The notes: generated from the letters alone by a model not told the origin. Positions 10,177-20,022 are shown, counted from the stretch's first letter. The stretch: 64,000 bases of DNA from an uncultured delta proteobacterium (GCA_963755125.1 CAVWIP010000008.1:64001-128000); one strand, 5' to 3'. Translations and numbers: made by a program.

Positions 10177-10403
10177 AGTACAACCCGCCGTCCCCGGTGG
10201 TGCGGCCGCCCGAAGTCGGCGTCGCGCCCCACATCCGGAATTCCGCTTAGCATCGCCTTCAGCGAGGGTGCTCCCGGCGAGAGCAGCGCCTGCCTGAGGA
10301 TCTCGCGATGCTCTGCTTCAGCGGAATGCCCACGCCTAGCAGCCCGCTGCTTCAGGCGGACAACCACCTGCTGGGGAATGTCTCTCACGATAAGCTGAGC
10401 CAT
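10173..10403 (-). CDS. FitA-like ribbon-helix-helix antitoxin
   Basis: MAQLIVRDIP..LKQRAARRGHSAEAEHREIL; immediately upstream of vapC. Confidence 0.85.
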   Translation of the reverse strand: MAQLIVRDIPQQVVVRLKQRAARRGHSAEAEHREILRQALLSPGAPSLKAMLSGIPDVGRDADFGRPHHRGRRVVL

Positions 10404-10405
10404 AT

Positions 10406-10422
10406 TGCTATCAATGATAGCA
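10406..10422. promoter_or_regulatory. Palindromic operator of the FitAB-like operon, overlapping an extended -10
   Basis: TGCTATCA-A-TGATAGCA perfect palindrome 2 nt upstream of the ATG; the minus strand also reads TG-c-TATCAT. Confidence 0.7.
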
Positions 10423-10517
10423 CACTCGGGGCAAGTCAGCGCAAGTCCTGAATCCGTCTGCAATTTCGCGGTTGTTGCAGTTGCGCCGGCTCCGGATCTC
10501 GCATTCCCGTAACGCTA

Positions 10518-12098
10518 CTACTTCTCGCTCGGCTTGGCCTCGGCCAACCACTCGCCCATGATTTCCACGCGCGCCGCTGGATCCAACTTTGGGAACTGGG
10601 CCAGGGCCCAGTCTGCGGCAGCCAGACGTCCCGGACCGGCGGCCAGGGCTGCGTAGGAGCCTAGCCAGACATGGCCATCGGGCGCCGAGGCTGTGGCCAG
10701 CCGCTTCGGCGCCTCGGCGGCTGCGCCGCCCAGGAAGCGCAACTCGGCATCCCCGTCGCTCGCCAACTCGGCCTGCAGCTTGCGCGCAGCTTGATCGCGA
10801 CGCAGGACCAAGGCTCGCGCGCTGGCCAGGCGAACTCGCCGGTCGTGCTTGCCGTGGACCAACTTGCCCAGCATCGCGGCCGAGGCCTCTCCCTTCATGG
10901 CCCCTAGTTCTTTCGCCACGGACTCGCCGGGCCGCGGATCCTTTTCTTTGAAGAGTTGGAAGAGTTGAGAAACCATCGCCTCGCCACCGGCCCGCAGCAA
11001 AGCGACAGCCGCGGCTCCCCGCACCTCGGGCGCGGGATCACGCAAGAGCCCGGTCACGCGAATCACCGCGGCTCGACCAGCGCCCGGCCGTGTCCCCGCG
11101 AGCAATGCCGCCGCCCGTATGGCTGGCGGCGCATCCTTGGCCAGGCCCAGCAGGGTCTTGCGCGCCTCGGGATCGTCGAGGGTTCCCAGGGCTTCCGCGG
11201 CAGCCACGCGTTGGGGCTCCGGCGCCGAGCGATCCTGGGCCACGGCCATGACCCCCGGCAAGCACTCGGGCTCCAGTCCAAAACGCAGGGCCGCCACCGC
11301 CGTGCCGCGGGCATCGCCGGCTGGCCCTTCCAGCTTTTCCCTGACCAGCGGACACAAGGGAATCGCGAGTCGCGCCAGTGCGCGCGCCGCCGTCTCCACT
11401 TGCTCGCCCCGCGCCACAGCCTGGCGAAGCTTCTCGACCCCTGCTCGGTCCCCAGCCGCCGCGCGGGCCGCAGCCACGGCCAGTCCCTGGCCGGCGTCCG
11501 CGCGGTCGAGCCACGCCCACGCAAACGACGAGAAGCCCTGCTCGAGTGCGTCTTCAGCGGCCGCTTGCAAACGCTGGATGGCGATGATCTCGCGACCTTG
11601 CGCCACCAGAGCTCGCACCGCTTCCGGCAACGGACGTAGCGCATCTTTGACCTGCAGGCCCGAGCACCGGCGATCGTCGCGCGCGAAGGTCCACAGGACG
11701 TGCACGTTGCCGTCATCGGACAGGATCTCCTCGGGCGCAGCGCCATAGGGGGCGTTTTCCCGGACCACGTCGAGCGCAGATGCATCGAACTCGGACGACC
11801 CCGAAGGCTCAGTCACCTGCGCGCTCACCAAACGGCCCTCCCGGGCCAGCACCAACTCGACCACCGCGGCGCGTGTGATGAGGTTCACGGGATGGTCTTT
11901 GGGCAGGCGTGCAGCCGCCATGGCCAGGAAGTTGTCCGCCCAGGCCCGGTGTACCTTGGCGTGCAGGCCGCGCAGGTAGGCGAGAGTTCGGCCTTCGCCT
12001 TGCACGGGCGGCTCATCGCCTGCCCACGCCCTGACACCAGCCATAACCAGGAGCGGTAGGACAGCCAGCAGGCCAAGCACGCGCTTGCTCGTGATCAT
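10518..12098 (-). CDS. Secreted TonB/TolA C-terminal domain + HEAT-repeat protein
   Basis: Signal peptide; YLRGLHAKVHRAW..SGSSEFDASALDVV..APY (TonB_C-like); several HEAT-like repeats (DPAPEVRGAAAVAL); start chosen after a GAGGTGA SD. Confidence 0.65.
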   Translation of the reverse strand: MITSKRVLGLLAVLPLLVMAGVRAWAGDEPPVQGEGRTLAYLRGLHAKVHRAWADNFLAMAAARLPKDHPVNLITRAAVVELVLAREGRLVSAQVTEPSGSSEFDASALDVVRENAPYGAAPEEILSDDGNVHVLWTFARDDRRCSGLQVKDALRPLPEAVRALVAQGREIIAIQRLQAAAEDALEQGFSSFAWAWLDRADAGQGLAVAAARAAAGDRAGVEKLRQAVARGEQVETAARALARLAIPLCPLVREKLEGPAGDARGTAVAALRFGLEPECLPGVMAVAQDRSAPEPQRVAAAEALGTLDDPEARKTLLGLAKDAPPAIRAAALLAGTRPGAGRAAVIRVTGLLRDPAPEVRGAAAVALLRAGGEAMVSQLFQLFKEKDPRPGESVAKELGAMKGEASAAMLGKLVHGKHDRRVRLASARALVLRRDQAARKLQAELASDGDAELRFLGGAAAEAPKRLATASAPDGHVWLGSYAALAAGPGRLAAADWALAQFPKLDPAARVEIMGEWLAEAKPSEK

Positions 12099-12207
12099 CG
12101 TCTCACCTCTCGCTTCAAGGTGGCGCAAGTATACGCGCGTCAGGCAGCTTCGGTCCAACCGTCGGTTCCCGTGACCGGAGCCGGTGGCCGGCCCCCCCCG
12201 GTACTAC

Positions 12208-14334
12208 TCACCCCGCGGCGCGCTTCTGCGAACGACCGCCACCATCCTTTTCCCGCTTCTCCTTGTACTCGGCGATCATGGCCTCGCGCGCCTGCTTGGG
12301 CACCTCGGCGTAGCGCTTGAACTCCATGCTGAACTCGCCCTTGCCCTGGGTGGCCGAGCGCAGATCGGTGGCATAGCCGAACATGTCGGCCAGCGGCACC
12401 TCGGCCACTCCGGTGACAAACGCTTCGTGCTTCTCGGTGCTCAGGATGTTTCCCCGACGCTGATTGAGCTGCCCGATGACCGCGCCCTGGAATTCCTCGG
12501 GAAACTGCACCTCGACCAGCATGATGGGCTCGAGGATGGTGGGCTTGGCCTTGTTGTAGGCCTCGCGGAACCCCATCAGGGCCGCCGTGCGAAAGGCCAG
12601 CTCCGACGAGTCCACCGGGTGCGATTGACCGTCGTTGATGAGGCAGCGCACGCCCACGATGGGGAAGCCGATGAGCGGCCCCCGCTTGATCGCCTCCTTG
12701 AAGCCCTTGTCGCAGGCCGGGATGAACTCGCGTGGGATCGAGCCGCCCACGATTTCATCCACGAACTCGTAGCCGCTCTCATGATCAGAGGGCAACGGCT
12801 CGATGTAGCCCGCCACGCGGCCGTACTGGCCCGAGCCGCCGGTCTGCTTCTTGTGCGTGTAGCTGAACTCGCCCCGCTGGGTGATGGTCTCGCGGTACTT
12901 GACCTGGGGCCGACCGGGAACCACCACGCAGTTGTATTCGCGCTTCATGCGCTCGATGTAGATGTCGAGGTGCAATTCGCCCATGCCGCTGATGATGGTC
13001 TGGCCTGACTCCTCGTCGCGCGACACGCGGAAGGTGGGATCCTCTTTGGTGAAACGATTGAGCGCCTTGGAGAAATTGGTCTGCGCCGCCTTGTCCTGCG
13101 GCTCGACCGCCAGCGAGATGACCGCGTCGGGCACGTGCATGGACGTCATGGTGACGTTGATGCGCCCATCGGTGAAGGTGTCGCCCGAGGCGCACTCCAC
13201 ACCGAAGAGAGCCACGATGTCGCCGGCTTCGGCCGAGGCGATGTCCTCCATCTCGTCGGCGTGCATGCGCACCAGGCGCGGAACCTTCACCTTCTTCTCT
13301 CCCGCCGAGCAATTCACGATGAAGTCGCCTTTGCTGACCTTGCCCTGGTAGATCCGCATGTAGGTGAGCTGTCCGTAGCGGCCGTCTTCCAGCTTGAAGG
13401 CCAGTCCCACGAAGGGCTTGGCCGTGTCGGATTCCAGCTTGATCTCGGCCTCGCCGTGATCCTGGTCGAGCGCGATGTTCTCCACCTCGGACGGCGTGGG
13501 CAGGTAGTCCCGCACGGCGTCGAGCAGCAGCTGCACGCCCTTGTTCTTGTAGGCCGATCCCAGCAGCACGGGTGTGCCCTTGAAGGCGACCGTGACGCGA
13601 CGGATGGCCGGAACCAGATCGTCGGGCGTGCACTCCTGTTCGTGCAGGTACTTGTCGGCGATGGCGTCGTCGATGTCGGCAATGGCTTCGATCATCTTCT
13701 GGCGGGCCGCCTTGGCTTCATCGAGCAGGCTGCCCGGTATTTCGGCAAAGCGCAGATCTTCTCCCTTCGCCCCGTCGAAATACACCGCCCTCATGCGGAC
13801 GAGATCGATCACGCCCTCGAATCGGTCCTCCGCACCGATGGGGATCTGCACCGGGATGGTGTGCAGGTGCAGCTTCTCCCGCAACTGCTCGGTCACGCGC
13901 GCCGGGTTGGCGCCGGAGCGGTCCAGCTTGTTGATGAAAGCGATGCGCGGCACTTGATAGCGCCGCATCTGGCGATCGACCGTGTACGACTGCGACTGCA
14001 CGCCGGCCACGCCACAAAGCACCAGCACGGCGCCGTCCAGCACACGCAGGGCGCGCTCCACCTCGATGGTGAAGTCCACGTGGCCGGGAGTGTCGATGAG
14101 GTTGATGGCGCAGTCCTCCCACTCGCAGGAGGTGGCGGCCGACTGGATGGTGATCCCCTTCTCCCGCTCCAGGTCCATGAAGTCCATGGTCGCGCCCACG
14201 CCGGACTTTCCCTTGACCTCTTCGATCTTGTGGATCTTGCCGGTGTAGAACAGCACCCGCTCGGAGAGCGTGGTCTTTCCTGAATCGATGTGGGCGGAAA
14301 TACCTATGTTGCGAATCTTTTCGATGGACGACAT
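12208..14334 (-). CDS. fusA: Elongation factor G (stand-alone copy)
   Basis: [49 protein letters not shown]. Confidence 0.95.
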   Translation of the reverse strand: MSSIEKIRNIGISAHIDSGKTTLSERVLFYTGKIHKIEEVKGKSGVGATMDFMDLEREKGITIQSAATSCEWEDCAINLIDTPGHVDFTIEVERALRVLDGAVLVLCGVAGVQSQSYTVDRQMRRYQVPRIAFINKLDRSGANPARVTEQLREKLHLHTIPVQIPIGAEDRFEGVIDLVRMRAVYFDGAKGEDLRFAEIPGSLLDEAKAARQKMIEAIADIDDAIADKYLHEQECTPDDLVPAIRRVTVAFKGTPVLLGSAYKNKGVQLLLDAVRDYLPTPSEVENIALDQDHGEAEIKLESDTAKPFVGLAFKLEDGRYGQLTYMRIYQGKVSKGDFIVNCSAGEKKVKVPRLVRMHADEMEDIASAEAGDIVALFGVECASGDTFTDGRINVTMTSMHVPDAVISLAVEPQDKAAQTNFSKALNRFTKEDPTFRVSRDEESGQTIISGMGELHLDIYIERMKREYNCVVVPGRPQVKYRETITQRGEFSYTHKKQTGGSGQYGRVAGYIEPLPSDHESGYEFVDEIVGGSIPREFIPACDKGFKEAIKRGPLIGFPIVGVRCLINDGQSHPVDSSELAFRTAALMGFREAYNKAKPTILEPIMLVEVQFPEEFQGAVIGQLNQRRGNILSTEKHEAFVTGVAEVPLADMFGYATDLRSATQGKGEFSMEFKRYAEVPKQAREAMIAEYKEKREKDGGGRSQKRAAG

Positions 14335-14508
14335 GGAATCTACCTGACCTATCTTGATAGATGACTAAGGGCGCGGCAGTTTATTCGACGACGAGGCGAA
14401 CGCTACCTAAATCTGTGTGACGCTGCGGTGCCATTTTCCGCGCGATCATCACCGCAATGTCGCTCCGGCGTTGCATTCTGCCGCGGGACGCGCGTTAAAT
14501 GCGTCCCG

Positions 14509-15405
14509 GTGTCATCGAACGCAAACCGCCAAGCCAAGCCCAGCCACCTTGCGCCTGCCGCCCAGCCGTTTCTTCGCCCATTTCTAAAGTGGGCGGGTGG
14601 AAAAACCCAGCTCCTTCCGCAGTTCGAGCGGTTCTACCCTCGCGAGAAAATCGAGAGGTACATCGAGCCGTTTCTAGGCAGCGGGGCTGTGTTCTTCCGC
14701 GTGAGAGCCCAGCTGAACCCGGGGAAGGCGATCTTGTGTGACAACAACAAGGAGCTGATCGAAACATTCAAGGCGGTGAAGACCGATGTCGAGGGCGTGA
14801 TCCGATGCCTGCGGGTCCACAAGGACAAGCACAGCCCAGAGTATTTCCGCGAGATGCGAACAAGGCTAGGCGAGAATGCTGCAGAGTGCGCTGCACGCCT
14901 TATCTACCTGAACAAGACTTGCTTCAACGGACTCTACCGCGTCAACAGTCGCGGAATCTTCAACGTGCCGATGGGTCGGTACCACAAGCCGGCGATTCTC
15001 GACGAAGACGGCTTGCGCGAGGCGAGCCGGCAACTTCACGGCGTCGAACTGCAGGCCCGAGATTTCCGCAAGCTGCCTGCCCTCGCGAAACGGGGTGACT
15101 TCATCTACCTAGACCCACCCTACTACCCGGTTTCAAAAACCTCCTATTTCACTTCATATACCCGCGACTCCTTCGGGGCCCAAGACCAGTGGGATCTGTC
15201 CGAGGTCTACGACCAACTATGCCAAGCGGGCTGCTTCGTGATGCTCTCCAACAGTGACAACCCATTTATCAACGGCTTGTACTGGCGACTCAAGGACGCG
15301 CGAATCCATCGCGTCTCGGCCCGACGAAACATCAACTCACGAGCCGAACGTAGGGGACACATCAACGAGCTCGTCATCGTCAACTACGACGCGCCGAGAA
15401 GGTAG
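14509..15405 (+). CDS. Dam/DpnII-family N6-adenine DNA methyltransferase
   Basis: LKWAGGK, YIEPFLGSGAVFF, LNKTCFNGLYRVNSRGIFNVPMG, YLDPPY; start uncertain (GTG 14509 or 14428). Confidence 0.88.
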   Translation: MSSNANRQAKPSHLAPAAQPFLRPFLKWAGGKTQLLPQFERFYPREKIERYIEPFLGSGAVFFRVRAQLNPGKAILCDNNKELIETFKAVKTDVEGVIRCLRVHKDKHSPEYFREMRTRLGENAAECAARLIYLNKTCFNGLYRVNSRGIFNVPMGRYHKPAILDEDGLREASRQLHGVELQARDFRKLPALAKRGDFIYLDPPYYPVSKTSYFTSYTRDSFGAQDQWDLSEVYDQLCQAGCFVMLSNSDNPFINGLYWRLKDARIHRVSARRNINSRAERRGHINELVIVNYDAPRR

Positions 15406-15798
15406 ATGGCGGGCGGCGCAACAGCAGTGAAGACCGGTGAGGAACTCCGCCAGCGCGTAGTAGAGCTGGCGTCGAAGCTGCGCCTGATCGCGAAAACCGA
15501 GGTCAAGGTTGGCCGGAGGCTGTGGGGTAGCCGCCGCAGAATTGACGTTGTGCTGGTCCATCCCGAAAGCAGACAGAGCGTGGGCATCGAGTGCAAGGTC
15601 CAAAGCGAACGAGGTTCTGCAGAAGAGAAGATCCCGTCGACGATACTCGATATCGCCGCCTGGCCGATTCCCGGAATCGTGGTGTTCGCGGGCGATGGCT
15701 TCTCCGGCGAGTTCAGGAACTACTTGGTGTCGACAGGCAAGGCTGTGGAGTTCTGCGACCTTGAGGACTGGCTCGTCCTCTTCTTCAGGTTGATGTGA
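15406..15798 (+). CDS. Small PD-(D/E)XK-superfamily nuclease
   Basis: RRIDVVL..GIECKVQSERGSAEEKIP; ATG directly abuts the methylase stop. Confidence 0.75.
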   Translation: MAGGATAVKTGEELRQRVVELASKLRLIAKTEVKVGRRLWGSRRRIDVVLVHPESRQSVGIECKVQSERGSAEEKIPSTILDIAAWPIPGIVVFAGDGFSGEFRNYLVSTGKAVEFCDLEDWLVLFFRLM

Positions 15799-16358
15799 CT
15801 AGGCAGGCCAGAATCTACACGCGCAAGGGTGATCGTGGGGACACGCAGCTTCCCGGCGGACAGCGCGTGGCCAAGCACGCGCAGCGAATCGAGTGTCTCG
15901 GCGCTGTGGACGAGCTTTCCGCGTGCATCGGGCTCGCAAGTGCCTTGCTGCGGGAGTCTTGCGCGCCTGCCGGCGCGGCACGCCTGGCCTCGCACTTGAG
16001 CCGCATCCAGAGTGAGCTTTCCGATCTTTGCGCGGACTTGGCTGCCCCACCCCGGCGCAAGCAACACATCGCCGCTCGCCACGTCACCGCCCTGGAGCGC
16101 GACATCGATCTCTGGACGCGAAGGCTTCCGCTGCTCCGCAGCTTCATCCTGCCCGGCGGCGGCCCAGCGGCTGCGTGCCTGCACCTCGCGCGCACGATCT
16201 GCCGTCGCGCCGAACGCCAGGTGGTGCGCCTTGCTGCCCAGGAGCCCGTGGGTGGCACCATCGTTCCCTACCTCAACCGTCTTTCCGATGCCCTCTTCGT
16301 CGCGGCCCGCTACACCGAACTCTGCAGCCGCGAAGAGCGGCTGGCCTCGAAGGCATAG
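15795..16358 (+). CDS. PduO-type ATP:cob(I)alamin adenosyltransferase
   Basis: IYTRKGDRGDT, GAVDELSA, FILPGG, RTICRRAER, YLNRLSDALF. Confidence 0.9.
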   Translation: MTRQARIYTRKGDRGDTQLPGGQRVAKHAQRIECLGAVDELSACIGLASALLRESCAPAGAARLASHLSRIQSELSDLCADLAAPPRRKQHIAARHVTALERDIDLWTRRLPLLRSFILPGGGPAAACLHLARTICRRAERQVVRLAAQEPVGGTIVPYLNRLSDALFVAARYTELCSREERLASKA

Positions 16359-16364
16359 CCCTCG

Positions 16365-17915
16365 TCATCGCAGGTAGACGAGCCCGACGTTCACATCCAA
16401 GTTGGCCATCACCTTGGGCGCACCCACAAGGAGATTGGCGCCGGCCAAGAATGAGAATGAATCATTCAACTCGACGGTGATTCCGCCGCCAGGACCGAAC
16501 AAGACCGGGCCGCCCACCACGGTATCCTTGCAACCGCTCGACGGGCAGCCTGACAGCTTCCCGACGTCGACCACCTCGCGAATCTGACCGGCGCCCGCGG
16601 CCAGCGACAGGAAGGGCGTGGCCCGCCTGGGCTCGCCCACGAACCAGATTGCCTTGGCCAACACCGCCAGGGCGTAACTGGCAGGTTGGCAGGTGCCACC
16701 ATTGCAAGCGCCAGTGTTGTTCGTCACCTCTTTGCCGTTGACCTGGCTCGCGCCGCTCACAAGCTGGATTCGACCCTGCAGCGACAACACCAGGCTGTCA
16801 GAAACGAAGATGCCAATCTCAGGGGCAATCTGCAATAGCTGAGACATGGCGACGCCGGAGCTTTTCAGGGCTGCTCCCGCATCGTTCGTGCGGTTTGCCT
16901 CGGGCGTGCCCGAGTGATAGCCAAACCCGCTGCCTGCGGCCAGCGCAAACCACAGGGATACGCTTCCACCCTCCTCACCGCCCTGCTCGCCGCCCTCGCT
17001 GGTTTCGCCTTCAGGGCCCGCGCCTCCGCCAGCGACGGCTTCTCCGCTCAGGTTGACGACGTGAGGTTCGGACGCGGTCCCGTTCTGCGCCACTTGCTGG
17101 CCGTCTCCGTTCTGCGCAAAAATGTAATAGGCCACCGATGCGCCGCTCGTCGCCTCGGGCGGAATCTGGGTCTGATGCCAGTCGCCGCTCTCGCTGGGGT
17201 CCATCTCGCGCGTGACGAAATCCGAAGCACCCTCTGGCCGATAGGCCAACACGACCCTCTCCGCGCCGAGAGACGCCGGAACCTGCGCCTTGATGGTGAT
17301 TGGCTGGCCCGGCGCAGCCTCGGTCACCGGAGTGTGAACGATGGCGCTCTCCGCGGGCGGCGCGGATTGCGCGGGGGCTTCGGGCTGGGCCGGCTGCGCG
17401 GCCGGGACCGCGGGTTGGGCAGGCGGCTCGGGCTGGGCCGGCCGCGCAGCCGGGACCTCGGGCTGGGCCTGGCCCGGGGCGCTCTCCGCGCCTTCGGCAC
17501 CCTCGGAAACATCCATGGAAGCCTCGGCAAATGCCGACTGGACCTCGGGATTGATCATGGACTTGGTGACCTTGATATTGGGGTCGATGCGCAGCGCTTT
17601 CTTGAACTCTTCCATGCCCTGGTCACGCTGCTTGAACCCGACCACGTAGATCACCCCCAGGTGCACGTGCGTACGCGCAGCCATCGGGTGCTTGTCCAGT
17701 TGCTGAGCGCTACACAACTCGATGGCTTCCTTCAGCAGTCTGGACGCCTCCTCCACGTCCAGGTTGGCGTAGGCAGCCAGCGCTTTCTTGTTGAGATCGA
17801 CAACCCTCTGCACGGGGTCCTGATCTTGCGCATCGGCCCGAAGTCCCCAGGTGACCGCCGTAGCGAAAACCATGAGCAGCACGGCATAGCGATAGCTTCT
17901 TGAAATCGACATCAT
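16365..17915 (-). CDS. Secreted TPR protein with Pro/Ala/Gln repeat linker and probable C-terminal beta-barrel
   Basis: Signal peptide, TPR-like helices (HVHLGVIY..EFKKALRIDP), PAQPE repeats, amphipathic strands ending VGLVYLR; start 17915 or 17912. Confidence 0.65.
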   Translation of the reverse strand: MMSISRSYRYAVLLMVFATAVTWGLRADAQDQDPVQRVVDLNKKALAAYANLDVEEASRLLKEAIELCSAQQLDKHPMAARTHVHLGVIYVVGFKQRDQGMEEFKKALRIDPNIKVTKSMINPEVQSAFAEASMDVSEGAEGAESAPGQAQPEVPAARPAQPEPPAQPAVPAAQPAQPEAPAQSAPPAESAIVHTPVTEAAPGQPITIKAQVPASLGAERVVLAYRPEGASDFVTREMDPSESGDWHQTQIPPEATSGASVAYYIFAQNGDGQQVAQNGTASEPHVVNLSGEAVAGGGAGPEGETSEGGEQGGEEGGSVSLWFALAAGSGFGYHSGTPEANRTNDAGAALKSSGVAMSQLLQIAPEIGIFVSDSLVLSLQGRIQLVSGASQVNGKEVTNNTGACNGGTCQPASYALAVLAKAIWFVGEPRRATPFLSLAAGAGQIREVVDVGKLSGCPSSGCKDTVVGGPVLFGPGGGITVELNDSFSFLAGANLLVGAPKVMANLDVNVGLVYLR

Positions 17916-17984
17916 TTGGGGGAAGGCTCCTGCGACGGCGTCTAGTTTATGCGTAGAGAGGCGGGAGAGCCTAAAACTGTATTC

Positions 17985-18150
17985 TTGTAGGTTCCCACAC
18001 GTCAACCTACTCGTGGGTACGCAAGGAACAGTGCCGCGGCAGCCCCGATCAGGCTCAGCCTCCTGCACCGCCAACCTTGGCTGCCCCTCGACGGTACAAG
18101 CCTGATGACGCGATTAGGCTTAAAGGTACTGCGTCCGTGGGCGACCGCAG
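17985..18150 (+). ncRNA. Candidate rod-shaped structured RNA (6S-like architecture)
   Basis: Manual folding gives a ~21-bp interrupted closing stem 17985-18008/18124-18150, a central bubble with 9-bp hairpin 18098-18121, and an upper stem gtgccg/cggtac + ggcagcc/ggctgcc; G-U pairs mostly favour the + strand. Confidence 0.35.
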
Positions 18151-18165
18151 ATCGTCCCTACCGGT

Positions 18166-18759
18166 CTACCCGCCGCTGCCGCGCCTCAACTCGGTCAGCA
18201 CCGCCTTCGCGATGGCCTTGAGTGTCTCGAAGACACCGACGCCGGTGGTGGCGCGAGCCTCGAACTCGGGCACGTTGGTGGGGTTGATCGCCGCGTGCAA
18301 CTCCGCGACCGATGCGACGTTGGGCAGGTCCCGTTTGTTGTACTGGATGATGAACGGAAGCTTGTCCAGATCGTATCCCTGCTCGATCAGGTTCTGGCGC
18401 AGATTCTCCATGGACTCGATGTTCGCTTCCATGCGCTCGATCTGCGAGTCAGCCACGAACACCACGCCGTCGACACCCTTCAGGATCAGCTTGCGACTGG
18501 CGTCGTAGAAGACCTGGCCCGGCACGGTATACAGGTGAAAACGTGTCTTGAAGCCTCGAATCTCGCCCAGGGACAGGGGCAAGAAGTCGAAGAACAGCGT
18601 GCGCTCGGTCTCGGTCGCGAGCGAGATCATCTTGCCCTTCGCCTCGGGGCTGGTCTTGGCGTAGATGAACTGAAGATTGGTGGTCTTTCCACCAAGACCA
18701 GGGCCATAATACACCAGCTTGCAGTTGATCTCGCGGGATGAGTAGTTGATGAAGCTCAT
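18166..18759 (-). CDS. mglA: Gliding-motility small GTPase MglA
   Basis: [49 protein letters not shown]. Confidence 0.97.
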   Translation of the reverse strand: MSFINYSSREINCKLVYYGPGLGGKTTNLQFIYAKTSPEAKGKMISLATETERTLFFDFLPLSLGEIRGFKTRFHLYTVPGQVFYDASRKLILKGVDGVVFVADSQIERMEANIESMENLRQNLIEQGYDLDKLPFIIQYNKRDLPNVASVAELHAAINPTNVPEFEARATTGVGVFETLKAIAKAVLTELRRGSGG

Positions 18760-18771
18760 CGGGGGAGACAG

Positions 18772-19251
18772 CTAGTCGTTGAAGAGCTTGTCGATGTCAG
18801 CGTCGGTGATCTCGTTCAGGATGGAGGGCCCGGTGCCCGCAGCAGCCTTCTTGGCCACCTGCTCAAACAGGCGCGCCATCTCCTCGGCTGCCTTCCTGAC
18901 GCGAAGGCGAACCAGGCCAAGCGAGGATCGCTCGTCGAACAAGACCACAAGGATGGCCCGGCCGGCCACCAGGGTGATGTGAACGTGGGTCTTCTCTCCC
19001 TCGTGAAACTGGCTGGTGAAATCCTTCTCGCGCAGGATCTTGGAGATGCCGCCGGTGGCCGCCACGTTGCCCGCGGTCAGCGACGAAAGCGAGGTCACGT
19101 CGATTTCGCCCACCTCGCCGGCCTCGGCAATCGGCTGCCCATCGCGGCCAATGAGCAGCACCGCCTTGGCATTGGCATCTCGGTGAAGGCGCTGACAGAC
19201 AGAGGAGATCTGTCGTTGCTCCTCGGGGAACATCACATCAGGTCCACTCAT
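18772..19251 (-). CDS. mglB: MglB roadblock/LC7 GTPase-activating protein
   Basis: DVTSLSSLTAGNVAATGG, FHEGEK, SSLGLVRLRV, EITDADIDKLF; upstream of mglA. Confidence 0.95.
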   Translation of the reverse strand: MSGPDVMFPEEQRQISSVCQRLHRDANAKAVLLIGRDGQPIAEAGEVGEIDVTSLSSLTAGNVAATGGISKILREKDFTSQFHEGEKTHVHITLVAGRAILVVLFDERSSLGLVRLRVRKAAEEMARLFEQVAKKAAAGTGPSILNEITDADIDKLFND

Positions 19252-19428
19252 CTGGCTGTCTAGGCTCCTTCGCGCCAGGGCAAGCTCGAAGCATCAGGTC
19301 TGGCAACCATTAGCATCGGCGCGCACTGGCTTTCAAGGTTGGGAATCGCTTGGGTTTTCTCCCACATCCAAGACCGGGATTGAAGGGGAGCTTACCAGGT
19401 ATCTGTGGCGGGCGACAGAGAACCCTGC

Positions 19429-20022
19429 CTACATCTCCCGCCGCCCTTCTATCGCGCGCGAAAGGGTCAGGCGGTCGGCATACTCCAACTCACCGCCCAC
19501 GGGCACGCCCATGGCGATACGGGTGCAGCGCACGCCCAGCGGCCGCAGCAATTTGGCCAGGTACACCGCGGTAGTCTCGCCTTCCACGCTTGGGTTGGTG
19601 GCGATGATCACCTCCTTGAGGTCGCTGCTGCAGCGCTTGACCAACTCCGCGACGCGCAGGTCGTCAGGCCCGATGCCGTCCAGAGGCGAAAGCACACCGT
19701 GCAGAACGTGGTAGCGCCCGTGGTAACCACCCGCGCGTTCGATGGCCAAGACGTCCTGGGGGTGCGCGACCACACACACCAGCGACGAATCGCGGCGTGC
19801 ATCGCAACAAGTGGGACAGGGATCCTCTTCGGTGAAATCCCAGCACACGCTGCAGAACCTGATCTTGCTGCGCATGTCACCGATGGCCGCGGCCAGCGCC
19901 GCAGCATCTTCCGGTGGCGCGCGCAGAATATGAAAGGCCAGGCGCGCGGCGGTCTTCTCGCCCACGCCTGGCAGCTTGCCCAGCTCGCACACCAGCCGCG
20001 CGATGGGACCTGCGCTACTCAT
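19429..20022 (-). CDS. recR: Recombination protein RecR
   Basis: LPGVGEKTAARLA, C4 zinc finger, YHVLHG, ATNPSVEGETT, GGELEYAD. Confidence 0.96.
   Translation of the reverse strand: MSSAGPIARLVCELGKLPGVGEKTAARLAFHILRAPPEDAAALAAAIGDMRSKIRFCSVCWDFTEEDPCPTCCDARRDSSLVCVVAHPQDVLAIERAGGYHGRYHVLHGVLSPLDGIGPDDLRVAELVKRCSSDLKEVIIATNPSVEGETTAVYLAKLLRPLGVRCTRIAMGVPVGGELEYADRLTLSRAIEGRREM

Noticed and set aside
17916..18074. N-terminal extension of the TPR ORF to 18074
   Set aside because: The signal peptide begins at ~17915; the upstream region is AT-richer and better explained as intergenic or structured RNA
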